Positions 51,741 through 62,662 of a DNA stretch of 64,000 bases are shown here, piece after piece. Made by a program: the position numbers and the translations under genes. The DNA is from an uncultured Planctomycetales bacterium (GTDB lineage: Bacteria > Planctomycetota > SBBH01): positions 9,632 through 73,631 of the forward strand of contig CAYVXZ010000005.1 in the NCBI GenBank assembly GCA_964455625.1, written 5' to 3'. Position 1 is the first letter of the stretch; each line of letters opens with the position of its first letter. Below the pieces are notes generated by a model. That model saw only the letters and a program-made list of their open reading frames with translations. It did no database searches and was not told the origin of the DNA.

Positions 51741-52619
51741 TCAGTCCTCGGGGTCCCCTTCCGGCTCGAGGTGGATCGTGACGTCGTGGAGCCCCGGGAA
51801 GGCGCCGCGCAGGCTCGCCTCGACCCGGTGCGACAGCGCGTGCGCCTCGCTCACCGGCATGGCGGGATCCACGAGCAGGTGAAGGTCGAGGAAGACCTCG
51901 TCAGCGATCCCGCGCGTCCGGATCCGGTGGCACGCCTTCACCTCGGGGAACGACCGGACCGTCCGCTCGATCTGGACGCGGTCGATCACCCGCTCGTCCG
52001 AGATCAGCGAGGCGTTCCGGGCCACGATGCGGTATCCCTGGAAGGCGATCACGACCGCCACGAGAAGCGCCGCGGCGAGGTCCACCTCGTGGATCCCGAC
52101 CGCCGCCGCCCCCAGCGACGCCAGCACCGTCATGGAGACCCAGACGTCGCTCGCCGTGTGCGCGGCGTCGCTCGCCAGGAGCGCGCTCCCGTAGCGCTCG
52201 CCCGCCGCGCGCTCGTAGCGCGTCACGAGGATGTTCACCGCGATGGTGACGATCATGACGGCGAACGGAAGGACCCCGGTCTCGATCGCCGTCTCCCCCC
52301 GCAGGCGGCTCCAGGCCTCCGTCACCACGTTCCAGGCCGCCCAGAAGAGCGACATCGCGATCCCGAGCGCCACCACCAGCTCGAATTTCCGGTGGCCGTA
52401 CGGATGCTCCTCGTCGGGCGGCTTCATCGCCATCCGCATCCCCACGAGGCCGGCGACGTTCGCGAGGCTGTCCGACAGCGAGTGGAAGGCATCCGCCTCC
52501 AGGCTCAAGCTCCCGTAATGGACGCCGCAGGCGTACTTGGCGGCCGCCACGACGGCGTTGGCGACCAGGGTCCACCAGAGGACCCGCGTGACGCCTGCGT
52601 AGCGCGCGTCGCGGTCCAC
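51741..52619 (-). CDS. cation diffusion facilitator (CDF) family transporter
   Basis: GTG start at about 52619; HSLSDSLANVAGLVG...HPYGHRKFE...SDAAHTASDVW are CDF signatures. The track fuses it into a spurious 1000-aa ORF. Confidence 0.8.
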   Translation of the reverse strand: MDRDARYAGVTRVLWWTLVANAVVAAAKYACGVHYGSLSLEADAFHSLSDSLANVAGLVGMRMAMKPPDEEHPYGHRKFELVVALGIAMSLFWAAWNVVTEAWSRLRGETAIETGVLPFAVMIVTIAVNILVTRYERAAGERYGSALLASDAAHTASDVWVSMTVLASLGAAAVGIHEVDLAAALLVAVVIAFQGYRIVARNASLISDERVIDRVQIERTVRSFPEVKACHRIRTRGIADEVFLDLHLLVDPAMPVSEAHALSHRVEASLRGAFPGLHDVTIHLEPEGDPED

Positions 52620-52627
52620 GAGAGAAC

Positions 52628-53929
52628 CTAGAATTCGGTGGCGCTTGCGAAGTTGAATTCCGAAAGGCGCGCCGGCGGGATCGACGAGAGGGTCTCCCCC
52701 TCGATGCCGGAGGTGACGGCGGGGGAACCCAGCGCCTCGATGCGGGAAAGGATCGAGAGGACGCTCTCGTTGAAGCGGAAATTCTTGACGGCATGGGCGA
52801 TCCGGCCGTCCTCGACCCAGTAGAGCCCGTCGCGCGTCATGCCGGTGAGCATCAGGCTCATCGGCTCGACGTAGCGGATGTACCAGAAGCGCGTGACGAG
52901 AAGCCCCCGCTTCATGCCGCGCGCGAGGTCCTCCGGCGTCCCGGTCCCCCCGGCCATCACCAGGTTCACGGGGCTCCCGACCGGGCGCAGGCCGTTCTTC
53001 TTCGCCCACCAGCGCGAGGTGAGGAGGGTCTTGAGGACGCCGCCTTCGATCCAGGGGACGGTCTCGGCGGGAAGCCCCCCGTCCGTGAAGGGGCGCCCCG
53101 GGCATCCCGGATGGTTGGGGACCGTCCGGACGGTCACGTTCGTCCCGACGATCCGCTCGCCGAGCTTCCCGGAGGCGAAACTGCGCCCCTCGGCCGCGGC
53201 CTTGGCGTCCATCATCCAGAACATGAACGCCAGGAGGTCCGCCAGCCCCGGCGCGGCAATGACCGCCGGATAGGTGCCAGGGGCCAGGCTCCGCGGGTTG
53301 CGGGCGGCCAGGGCCTTCTCGACCGCGCGATCCGCCGCCCCGGCGATGTCGATCCCGTCCACATCGATCCCCACCGATTCGGCCCAGCCGGAGGAGTTGT
53401 CGGTAATCGCCGTGTTGGTGTAGTTCGCCATCGTCCCGCGATGCTCGGCCCGGAGCCCGCGCGAGTTGGCCATGAAGACCGCCTTCTCCCCGGTGTGGAA
53501 GCTGCCGGCCATGAGCACCCCGGCGGCGCGGGCCTTCTCGAAGGCGGGCAGGAGCCGCTCCGCCTTCTCGCGGGGCTCGATCGATGCCGTGCGCGGGACG
53601 AACGCCTCCACCTTCGGGTACTGCTGGGCCGGCAGCCCCGGCACGAACTCGAGGTCTGGCGGGGAGCTCCGGGCGATCTCGCAGGCGCGCGCGGCCGTCT
53701 CCCGGAGGCTCGGCGCGTCGAGCCGGTTCGTGGCGGCGCACCCGACCTTCTCGCCGAAGGCCGCCTTCACGCGCACCGTCGCGTCCCGGCGCACCAGGTT
53801 CTGCGTGATCGTGTTGTTGGAGAAGCGTGTCGCGGCGGAAGAGACCGTCTCGAGGACGACGGAAGCCTCGTCGGCCTTCGCGTGGCCCAGGGCCTCCTCC
53901 AGGATCCGGCGCGCCTCGGCGGATTCCAT
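52628..53929 (-). CDS. TldD/PmbA family metallopeptidase
   Basis: 433 aa; overall TldD/PmbA-like sequence (…GGVLKTLLTSRWWAKKNG…RFWYIRYVEPMSLMLTGMTRDGLYWVEDGRIAHAVKNFRFN). Confidence 0.75.
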   Translation of the reverse strand: MESAEARRILEEALGHAKADEASVVLETVSSAATRFSNNTITQNLVRRDATVRVKAAFGEKVGCAATNRLDAPSLRETAARACEIARSSPPDLEFVPGLPAQQYPKVEAFVPRTASIEPREKAERLLPAFEKARAAGVLMAGSFHTGEKAVFMANSRGLRAEHRGTMANYTNTAITDNSSGWAESVGIDVDGIDIAGAADRAVEKALAARNPRSLAPGTYPAVIAAPGLADLLAFMFWMMDAKAAAEGRSFASGKLGERIVGTNVTVRTVPNHPGCPGRPFTDGGLPAETVPWIEGGVLKTLLTSRWWAKKNGLRPVGSPVNLVMAGGTGTPEDLARGMKRGLLVTRFWYIRYVEPMSLMLTGMTRDGLYWVEDGRIAHAVKNFRFNESVLSILSRIEALGSPAVTSGIEGETLSSIPPARLSEFNFASATEF

Positions 53930-54002
53930 CGCGATACTCTACAGTCCCCGGACGGGAAACAAAACCCGTTCGCGGGGGGTGCCGAGCCGCTAGACTGTCC
54001 CG

Positions 54003-54731
54003 GTGAAAAAGACAAAAAAACCCGCGAAGACCGAAGCCCCCCGGATCATCCCCGCCCGGGCCGACCACAACCATCCGAGCGCCGCCGAGGAACCCTGGCG
54101 GATCTTCCGGATCATGGGGGAGTTCGTCGAGGGGTTCGAGACCCTCTCGAAGATCGGCCCTGCGGTCTCCCTTTTCGGCTCGGCCCGGGCCCGGCCGAAC
54201 GACCCCTACTACAGGCTGGCCGAGCAGGTGGCGGCGGGGATCGCGAAGCTCGGGTTCGCGGTCATCACCGGGGGCGGCCCCGGCATCATGGAGGCCGCCA
54301 ACAAGGGGGCCAAGCGCGCCGGCGGGAAATCCGTCGGCCTCAACATCGACCTCCCGTTCGAGCAGCACCCGAACCGCCACCTCACGACGCTCATCAACTT
54401 CCGCTACTTCTTCTGCCGCAAGGTCTGCTTCATCAAGTACACGAGCGCCGTCCTGATCTTCCCGGGCGGCCTGGGGACCCTGGACGAGTTCTTCGAGCTC
54501 GTCACCCTCATCCAGACGATGAAGATCAAGCGGATCCCGATCGTCCTGGTGGGGTCGCGCTACTGGCGCGGGATGCTCTCCTGGATCCGCAAGGAGATGC
54601 TCGGCTCCGGCTACATCTCGCCCGAGGACATGGACCTCTTCGTGCTGGCGGACAGGGCCCCCCAGATCGTCCGGCTCATCAAGAAGACGAAGATCCAGTA
54701 CAGCATCCTGGAGTATGCCGACCGGACCTAG
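54003..54731 (+). CDS. LOG family protein (TIGR00730 Rossmann-fold nucleotide-binding / cytokinin riboside 5'-monophosphate phosphoribohydrolase-like)
   Basis: AVITGGGPGIMEAANKGAKRAGGKSVGLNIDLPFEQ...IFPGGLGTLDEFFE. Confidence 0.85.
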   Translation: MKKTKKPAKTEAPRIIPARADHNHPSAAEEPWRIFRIMGEFVEGFETLSKIGPAVSLFGSARARPNDPYYRLAEQVAAGIAKLGFAVITGGGPGIMEAANKGAKRAGGKSVGLNIDLPFEQHPNRHLTTLINFRYFFCRKVCFIKYTSAVLIFPGGLGTLDEFFELVTLIQTMKIKRIPIVLVGSRYWRGMLSWIRKEMLGSGYISPEDMDLFVLADRAPQIVRLIKKTKIQYSILEYADRT

Positions 54732-55962
54732 ACGCGTTCTCATCTTCTCCGCGTCCGCCGGGGCGGGACACGTGCGGGCCGGACAGGCCCTGGAGGCCGC
54801 CTTCCGGCTGGCCGGCTATGCGGGCCCGGGCGGTTTCGAGGCGCGGCACGTCGACGCGCTGACCCTGGCCACGGGTGTCTTCCGCCACCTCTACTCGAAG
54901 GCGTACCTCGATTTCGTGGACACGGCCCCGGGAATGTTCGGCTACCTCTACGACCGCACCGACCGCCCTTCCAGGAGCGGGCGCTACCCCGCCGACCGGC
55001 TGCGCCTGGCGTTCGACAAGCTCAACACCCGCCGTTTCGTGGAGTACATCGCCGACTTCCGGCCCGACCTCATCGTGAACACCCACTTCCTGCCGGCCGA
55101 GATCATCTCGAACCTGAAGCTGGAGGGCGGGATCGCGGCCCGCCACGCGGTGGTGATCACCGACATCGAGTCGCACCGCTACTGGGTCTACCCGGGCGTC
55201 GACCGGTACTTCGTCGCCTCGGGCGAGGCGCAGGCGTACCTGCGCCGGATGGGGATCCCGCCCGACCGGATCACCGTGAGCGGCATCCCGATCGACCCTG
55301 CCTTCCGCCAGGCGAGAAGCCGCCGGGAATGCCGGGCCGAGCTGCATCTCGATCCGCACCTGCCGGTGGTCCTGGTGCTGGCGGGCGGGTTCGCCGTGGG
55401 CCCGGTCGACGAGATCGTGGAGGCGCTCCTCGACATCCCGCATCCGGCGCAGATCGTCGTCGTGGCCGGGCGGAACGACCGGATGCGCCGGAAGCTCGCC
55501 GCGCGCTTCGCCGTCCGGAAGCCCGCCGGCCCCTGGCGCACGCTCCGGGCGCGCCTGGGGCGGGAGCGCAAGCTCCCCGGGAACCACGAGAACCTGCGGC
55601 GCCTGCGCGTCATCGGATTTGTCGGGAACATCGACGTCTGGATGGGCGCGGCGGACCTCCTCGTCACGAAGCCCGGCGGCCTCACCACCGCGGAGGCGCT
55701 CGCGAAGGGGCTGCCGATGGTGCTCGTCAGCGCCATTCCGGGACAGGAGACCCGCAACAGCGACTACCTCCTCGAGAAGGGAGCGGCCGTGAAGGCGTCA
55801 AATCCCGTCATGCTCGCCTACAAGACGGCGCGCCTCCTCGAGAACCCCGCGGAGCTCGCCGCCCTGTCCCGCGCGGGGGCCCGCGTGGCGCGCCCCGCCG
55901 CCGGCGAGGAGATCGTCCGGGCGCTCGTCCGCGAGCCGGCCGCCCTGTCCACGGAGGCCTGA
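54715..55962 (+). CDS. GT28-family glycosyltransferase (MGDG synthase / diacylglycerol glycosyltransferase-like)
   Basis: MPTGPRRVLIFSASAGAGHVRAGQALEAAF...ADLLVTKPGGLTTAEALAKGLPMVL. Confidence 0.75.
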   Translation: MPTGPRRVLIFSASAGAGHVRAGQALEAAFRLAGYAGPGGFEARHVDALTLATGVFRHLYSKAYLDFVDTAPGMFGYLYDRTDRPSRSGRYPADRLRLAFDKLNTRRFVEYIADFRPDLIVNTHFLPAEIISNLKLEGGIAARHAVVITDIESHRYWVYPGVDRYFVASGEAQAYLRRMGIPPDRITVSGIPIDPAFRQARSRRECRAELHLDPHLPVVLVLAGGFAVGPVDEIVEALLDIPHPAQIVVVAGRNDRMRRKLAARFAVRKPAGPWRTLRARLGRERKLPGNHENLRRLRVIGFVGNIDVWMGAADLLVTKPGGLTTAEALAKGLPMVLVSAIPGQETRNSDYLLEKGAAVKASNPVMLAYKTARLLENPAELAALSRAGARVARPAAGEEIVRALVREPAALSTEA

Positions 55963-55965
55963 CCC

Positions 55966-56631
55966 ATGGAAATGCTGAAAGAGGCGATCGACGTCATGCT
56001 GCACCTCGACGCCCATCTCAACGAGTGGATCGGCGCGACGGGAAACTGGTTCTACGTCCTCATGTTCCTGGTCATCTTCTGCGAGACGGGGCTCGTCGTG
56101 ACCCCGTTCCTGCCGGGGGACTCCCTCCTCTTCGCCCTCGGGGCGCTCACCACCACGGAGAATGCCGCCTTGAGCCTGCCGGTCCTCCTCGTCTCGCTCA
56201 CCGCTGCCGGAATCATCGGCGACGCCGTGAACTATTCCTGCGGCCGCTGGATCGGCCCGAAGGTCTTCACGAGCGAGACCTCGCGCTTCCTGAAGCGGGA
56301 CCACCTCCTCAAGGCCCAGGCCTTTTTCGAGCGGCACGGCGGCAAGGCGATCATCTTCGCCCGCTTCGCGCCGATCGTCCGGACCTTCGTCCCGTTCGTC
56401 GCCGGGATCGGCCGGATGCACTACCCGCGCTTCGCCCTCTTCAACGTCGTCGGCGCCATCGCCTGGGTGGCGGGGTTCCTGCTCGCCGGCCACTACTTCG
56501 GGAACATCCCCGCCGTGAAGCGGAACTTCCACATCGTGATCTTCGGGATCATCGGCGTCTCGCTCCTCCCGATCGTGATCGAGTTCTTCCGCGCCCGGGC
56601 GGCCTCCAAGACCCCCGCCGCCGGCGCCTGA
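55966..56631 (+). CDS. DedA/VTT-domain membrane protein
   Basis: LMFLVIFCETGLVVTPFLPGDSLLFALG...ARFAPIVRTFVPFVAGIGRM. Confidence 0.85.
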   Translation: MEMLKEAIDVMLHLDAHLNEWIGATGNWFYVLMFLVIFCETGLVVTPFLPGDSLLFALGALTTTENAALSLPVLLVSLTAAGIIGDAVNYSCGRWIGPKVFTSETSRFLKRDHLLKAQAFFERHGGKAIIFARFAPIVRTFVPFVAGIGRMHYPRFALFNVVGAIAWVAGFLLAGHYFGNIPAVKRNFHIVIFGIIGVSLLPIVIEFFRARAASKTPAAGA

Positions 56632-56692
56632 TCACGAACCGGCCATCCGGCCTCCGACTCACCCCCTTGCACGCCCCCGGGTCGGTCCGTAA

Positions 56693-58156
<1,464 letters not shown>

Positions 58157-58265
58157 CCCCCTTCGAGAGCATTTTTACCATGGCCGGCCGGAGAGGCCCC
58201 TCTCACCCGCCCGCCTACGGCTCCTGTCGCCGGCCGCCCCCGCAAAGCGAGCGGCCCGGAGGCGG

Positions 58266-58405
58266 GAGCGGTTGCGGGGGCCTGATGGAGCCGGGCCGGT
58301 CAGGAGGTGCAAGGCCCGGCGACATCGGAGCGACCGAGCGGCATGGACGCCGCGAGGGAGCGTCCCCCGCCAAATGCGACCGCCGAAAGGGCAAAGCGAG
58401 CGCGC
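58266..58405 (+). repeat. intergenic structured repeat element, copy 3
   Basis: Same core as 28092..28283; lies immediately 3' of guaB. Confidence 0.8.
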
Positions 58406-58460
58406 GGTTCCTGCAGGGACGTCGTTTCCACAAAAACCGCACAATAATTCCAGAAACGCT

Positions 58461-59336
58461 CTAGCCTCGCCAGACGAGATACCGGTCCGCGGCCGCGAGC
58501 GCCGCGAAAAGGATGCTGACGGTCCCGTTCACCGTGAAGAAGGCGGCATCCACCCGCGAGAGGTCGTCCCCTGAAACGAGGGAATGCTCGTAGACGAGCA
58601 TCCCGCTGAAGAGGGCCCAGGCGGCCCAGTAGAGCGCCCCGACGTCGTCGACGAGACCGATCCCCCCCAGGGCCAGGGCCGCCACGACGTGAAAACAGCG
58701 CGCGACGTCGAGCGCCCGGTGGAGCCCTCGACCGGCCGGGATCGAGTGAAGCTTGTTCCAGCGGTCGAACACGGCGTCCTGGCAGGCGTAGATCACGTCG
58801 AACCCGGCGACCCAGAAGGTGACCGCGACCGCCAGGAGGAGCGGCACCCACGGAAAGGGATCCAGGATCGGCGAGACCGAAAGCCACCCTCCCACCGGCG
58901 CGCAGGCGAGGGCGAGCCCCAGCGCCAGGTGGCACATCGAGGTGAATCGTTTCGTGAGGGAATACCCCGTCACCAGGATGAACGCGACCGGCGAGAGCGC
59001 GAAGGTCGTCGCGTTGATGGCGGAAGCCGCCTGGAAGAACCCGACGGACATGACCAGGAAAAGTGTCCAGGCCCCGGCCACGGTGACCTCCCCCTTTACC
59101 AGGGGCCACTGCCGCGTGCGCTGGTTCTTCCGGTCGTACTTCAGGTCCGCCAGGCGGTTGAACGCCATCGCGGCGGTGCGCGCGGTCACCATCGCGGCGA
59201 GGACGAGCCATCCCTTCGTCCGTTCCAGCGGACGCCCCTCGTGCGCCCAGAGGAACCCCAGGAAGGCGAACGGCAGGGCGAAGACAGTGTGTTCGATCCG
59301 GACGAGGCGAGCCAGGGCCGGGAGGGAATTCGGCAT
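58461..59336 (-). CDS. UbiA-family aromatic prenyltransferase
   Basis: NRLADLKYDRKN (NxxxDxxxD) and a second Asp-rich motif DVIYACQDAVFD; about 8 TM helices. Confidence 0.75.
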   Translation of the reverse strand: MPNSLPALARLVRIEHTVFALPFAFLGFLWAHEGRPLERTKGWLVLAAMVTARTAAMAFNRLADLKYDRKNQRTRQWPLVKGEVTVAGAWTLFLVMSVGFFQAASAINATTFALSPVAFILVTGYSLTKRFTSMCHLALGLALACAPVGGWLSVSPILDPFPWVPLLLAVAVTFWVAGFDVIYACQDAVFDRWNKLHSIPAGRGLHRALDVARCFHVVAALALGGIGLVDDVGALYWAAWALFSGMLVYEHSLVSGDDLSRVDAAFFTVNGTVSILFAALAAADRYLVWRG

Positions 59337-59346
59337 CCGGTGGCGA

Positions 59347-60879
59347 CTACCGCTTTTTCTTCTTCCTGAACGGGTTCAGGTCCTCCAGCTGGTCCTTGAG
59401 CTGGTCTTTCACCTCGTCCTCGACCTTCTCCTTCCGCTTGTCGGTCTCGTCCCTGAACATGTTGGCGAGGGCCCGCTTCTGGACGCGGTCCATGAGCTTC
59501 CCCTGGTTCCAGTCGGGGGCGGTCGCGGTGCCGGTGATGACGTGCGGCTCGCCGACGTACTCCCGCCAGAGGTCCCTCAATTCCGGATCGCCGAACGACT
59601 CCTCCGTGACCGTGTAGCGGATCGCGAGGGTCGCCTTCTCGAGCTCCCCGGGGACCGACAGGACCGGCGCCGAGGCGGTCTCAACGGAAAGCCGGTTCTC
59701 GACCTTCGGGGCCGTCATCGTGAACTCCACGCCGAAGACCGCCTGGCGTGAAAGATCGTCCAGGCGCCCCTGGATCCTCGCGAACGTCTCCGGTTTCAGC
59801 AAACCCGAGACGGACCCCAGCGAGCCCTTGAGCCGCGCGAACCCCTGCTCGAAGGCCGAGAGCTGTCCCGCGCTGATTCCGGAAAGCGCGATCTTCCCGC
59901 TCCCCGCCGCCGAGAGCCACAGCGCGTCCGGGTCGTCGAACCCCGTCGCGGCGAGATCGGCCTTCCCGTCGAGCACCGCCGACGCGCCGGCCACAAGCCC
60001 CATCCCCATCGCGGCGAGGTAACGGTCGGAGAACGCCTGGTCCACGACGAACCGGTCGAACAGCAGTCTTGCCGTCTGCGCGTGGGCGGGGGTCGCGTCG
60101 AACCCGACGTCGAAGGAAAGGCTCCCCCCGGCCCGGTTCGCGCCGGTCCCCTTGAGGGAAAACTTCCCGGACGCGGCGGAGAGATCGAGGACCGTCCGGT
60201 CGAGCGCGACGCCCGGATGCTCGAGGGCGCCGATCCGGACCTGCCCCGCCCCGTCGATGGCGCGGAGAAGCGGAAGGGGCCCTTCCTCACGGGGAAGCGC
60301 GAAGCGCGAGATGTTGAAATCGAGCTCCAGCCCCCTGACGGCCGAGGTCCCCCCCGCCACGGCGTCCCGGCAGGTCGCGTTCACGCCGCGGCACCGGATC
60401 GTGTCGGCCGAAAGGACGAGGCTGGGCTCCGCCGCGAGGATCGTCCCCAGGCCGTGCGCCCCGCCGGCGGCCGGCGCCCCGGGCGCGGCCACCAGATCCT
60501 CCCAGTTCGCCCGCCCGTCGGCCGCCCGCTCGAGGTTCGCCTCGACGCCCGCGAAGGAGAGCTCCTCCACCGCGATGCGCCCCGCCAGAAGCGGCAGGAG
60601 CCTCACCTTCAGGCGGAACTCCTTCACGGCGAGGAACGGATCCCGTGAGAACCCCTCCCGGTTCCCGATTTCGAGTTTCTTCACGACGACGGAAGCCCCC
60701 ATCCAGGTGGAGAGGCCGACGTCCCCGACCGAGACCGGCCGCTTCACGGCGGACGCCAGCCGTCTCGTGACCTCCCCGCGGAGCCAGCCGTCCAGGAACA
60801 CCCCCGGCAGGACGAAGACAAGGAACGCCGCCGCCAGGATCGCGCCGACGACCAGGACCCGCTTCACGGGCTTCGACAT
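59347..60879 (-). CDS. AsmA family outer-membrane assembly protein
   Basis: N-terminal signal anchor followed by a long beta-rich AsmA-like region; highly charged C-terminal tail. Confidence 0.55.
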   Translation of the reverse strand: MSKPVKRVLVVGAILAAAFLVFVLPGVFLDGWLRGEVTRRLASAVKRPVSVGDVGLSTWMGASVVVKKLEIGNREGFSRDPFLAVKEFRLKVRLLPLLAGRIAVEELSFAGVEANLERAADGRANWEDLVAAPGAPAAGGAHGLGTILAAEPSLVLSADTIRCRGVNATCRDAVAGGTSAVRGLELDFNISRFALPREEGPLPLLRAIDGAGQVRIGALEHPGVALDRTVLDLSAASGKFSLKGTGANRAGGSLSFDVGFDATPAHAQTARLLFDRFVVDQAFSDRYLAAMGMGLVAGASAVLDGKADLAATGFDDPDALWLSAAGSGKIALSGISAGQLSAFEQGFARLKGSLGSVSGLLKPETFARIQGRLDDLSRQAVFGVEFTMTAPKVENRLSVETASAPVLSVPGELEKATLAIRYTVTEESFGDPELRDLWREYVGEPHVITGTATAPDWNQGKLMDRVQKRALANMFRDETDKRKEKVEDEVKDQLKDQLEDLNPFRKKKKR

Positions 60880-60915
60880 GGCCGAAGTATAGCACCCCTG
60901 CTAGAATCCCCGCCC

Positions 60916-62026
60916 GTGCCGACCGACCTTTCCCAACGCCTCGACCTGCTTTCCGCCCGTTTCGGCGGGATCCGGGGGTCTCTTTGACCTTCCCGCGAAG
61001 ACGAGACGCCTGACCGAACTCCAGGAAAGGACGAAGGATCCCGCCTTCTGGGGCCGTCCCGAGGAGGCGCGCGCCGTCATCAACGAGACGAAGCCGCTCG
61101 CCGCGGTGATCGAGCCGGCGGAAAGGCTCGACCGCCAGCTCGCCGACCTCGTCGCCGCGCGCGACCTCGCGCGGGAATCCGGCGACGCGTCGTTCGAGAC
61201 GGAGCTCGCCTCGGGGCTCGACGCCTTCGAGCGGGACCTCGCGCGGTTCGAGTCGCAGATCCTCCTCTCGGGCCCCCACGACGCCGCCAACGCCTACGTC
61301 TCGATCCAGGCCGGGGCCGGCGGCACGGACGCGTGCGACTGGGCCTCGATGCTCGCGCGCATGTACCAGCGCTGGGCCGAGACGAAGGGGTACGCGACCG
61401 TCTTCACGGACCTGACGCCCGGCGAGGAGGCGGGGCTCAAGAACTGCACCCTCTACGTCAAGGGGGACTGGGCGTTCGGGCGCCTGATCGCCGAGCAGGG
61501 GGTCCACCGTCTGGTGCGGATCTCCCCCTACAACTTCAGCGGCAAGCGCCAGACGTCGTTCGCCTCGATCGACGTCATCCCGGAGATCGACGACGAGATC
61601 ACGATCGACATCCAGGAAGAGGACCTCCGGATCGACACCTACCGCGCGGGCGGCAAGGGGGGCCAGCACGTGAACATGACCGAATCGGCCGTCCGGATCA
61701 CGCACCTCCCCACCAACGTCGTCGTCCAGTGCCAGAACGAGCGCTCGCAGCACGCCAACCGCAAGGTGGCGATGAAGATGCTCGCCTCCCGGCTGTACAA
61801 GCGCGAGGAGGAAAGGCGGGACGCCGAGCGCGTGAAGGAGTACGGCCAGAAGGGGGAGATCTCCTTCGGCAGCCAGATCCGTTCCTACGTCCTGCACCCC
61901 TACCAGATGGTCAAGGACCACCGGACCGACTGCGAGACATCACAGGTGGAAAAAGTCCTCGACGGCGAGGCGCTGGACCCGTTCATCGACGCCTACCTCA
62001 AGTGGCGGGTGACGCTGCGAAAATAA
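60916..62026 (+). CDS. prfB: peptide chain release factor 2 (programmed +1 frameshift at 60982-60988)
   Basis: Frame 0: GTG..VPTDLSQRLDLLSARFGGIRGSL then CTT TGA C at 60982-60988, preceded by the SD-like GGGGG. The +1 frame continues DLPAKTRRLTELQERTKDPAFWGRPEEA...GGQHVN... to a stop at 62026. Confidence 0.88.
60982..60988 (+). other. prfB: RF2 programmed +1 ribosomal frameshift site (CUU UGA C)
   Basis: Sequence CCGGGGGTCTCTTTGACC: an internal SD-like G-run 3 nt upstream of the CUU-UGA-C slippery/stop context, as in autoregulated prfB. Confidence 0.85.
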
Positions 62027-62169
62027 TCAGCCAGCGGCGACTCCTTGAGGGTGGGCGGCGGGGAGGCGGAGGCGGGTCCGAGTGTTTTTTTGTCTTCGGC
62101 ACGACGGCATCAACGTCATCGCCCCACGTCATGCGGCCCCGGCCGGTCGCGGTCGTCCGGGGCGTGTGG

Positions 62170-62300
62170 AGTAGGCCCGGAGCATGGATGCGGAGGGCCG
62201 TAGCCGTCCCCGCGCTTCGCGGGCGGCGGCGCAACTCGAGTGACGAGCGGCACGGATGCCGCGAGGAATGTCCCCGGCGACTGCGACCGGCGGTAGGGGA
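62170..62300 (+). repeat. intergenic structured repeat element, copy 4 (3' half conserved, 5' hairpin degenerate)
   Basis: GAGCGGCACGGATGCCGCGAGGAATGTCCCCGGCGACTGCGACCGGCGGTAGGGGA matches the 3' half of the family core. Confidence 0.65.
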
Positions 62301-62306
62301 CGCTTT

Positions 62307-62660
62307 TTACGAAAAGAAAATGGGTGGATATTTATCAGGGTAATTTCCTGTCTTCAAAAACTGTGACGCATATCCGTGAATCATCATTGCCCATGCACCC
62401 CAGCCAAAGCCTCGATATTTTGACGCTATAAGGCTTTCTCGCTCCACCTCCTCAAAAGCATAAATCTCTGGTGGAAGCGCTCTTCCTTTCGACCATACGG
62501 TTGTTGGCTTGAATTCGTAACGCCCAGCCTTTTTGCTAAAGACCAGCTTCCCCACCACTTGCCACTCAGATGACTTCGAAAAATCTGGGGACTCCACAAC
62601 GTATTCATTCCCCTCGATGTCCTGTCGCGTCCGCATCAATCTGATGTGTACTTGACTCAT
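62307..62660 (-). CDS. hypothetical protein, probable immunity protein for the upstream RHS toxin
   Basis: 117-aa ORF 2 nt downstream of the RHS gene stop, within the same low-GC cassette. Confidence 0.45.
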   Translation of the reverse strand: MSQVHIRLMRTRQDIEGNEYVVESPDFSKSSEWQVVGKLVFSKKAGRYEFKPTTVWSKGRALPPEIYAFEEVERESLIASKYRGFGWGAWAMMIHGYASQFLKTGNYPDKYPPIFFS

Positions 62661-62662
62661 GG

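Noticed and set aside
51741-54743. 1000-aa minus-strand ORF
   Set aside because: Only its last ~290 codons (a CDF transporter) are real. Upstream it reads through the TldD/PmbA gene (52628-53929) in a wrong frame, and through the LOG gene region, with Arg/Gly-rich nonsense.
60287-61921. 544-aa minus-strand ORF
   Set aside because: Antisense shadow of prfB.
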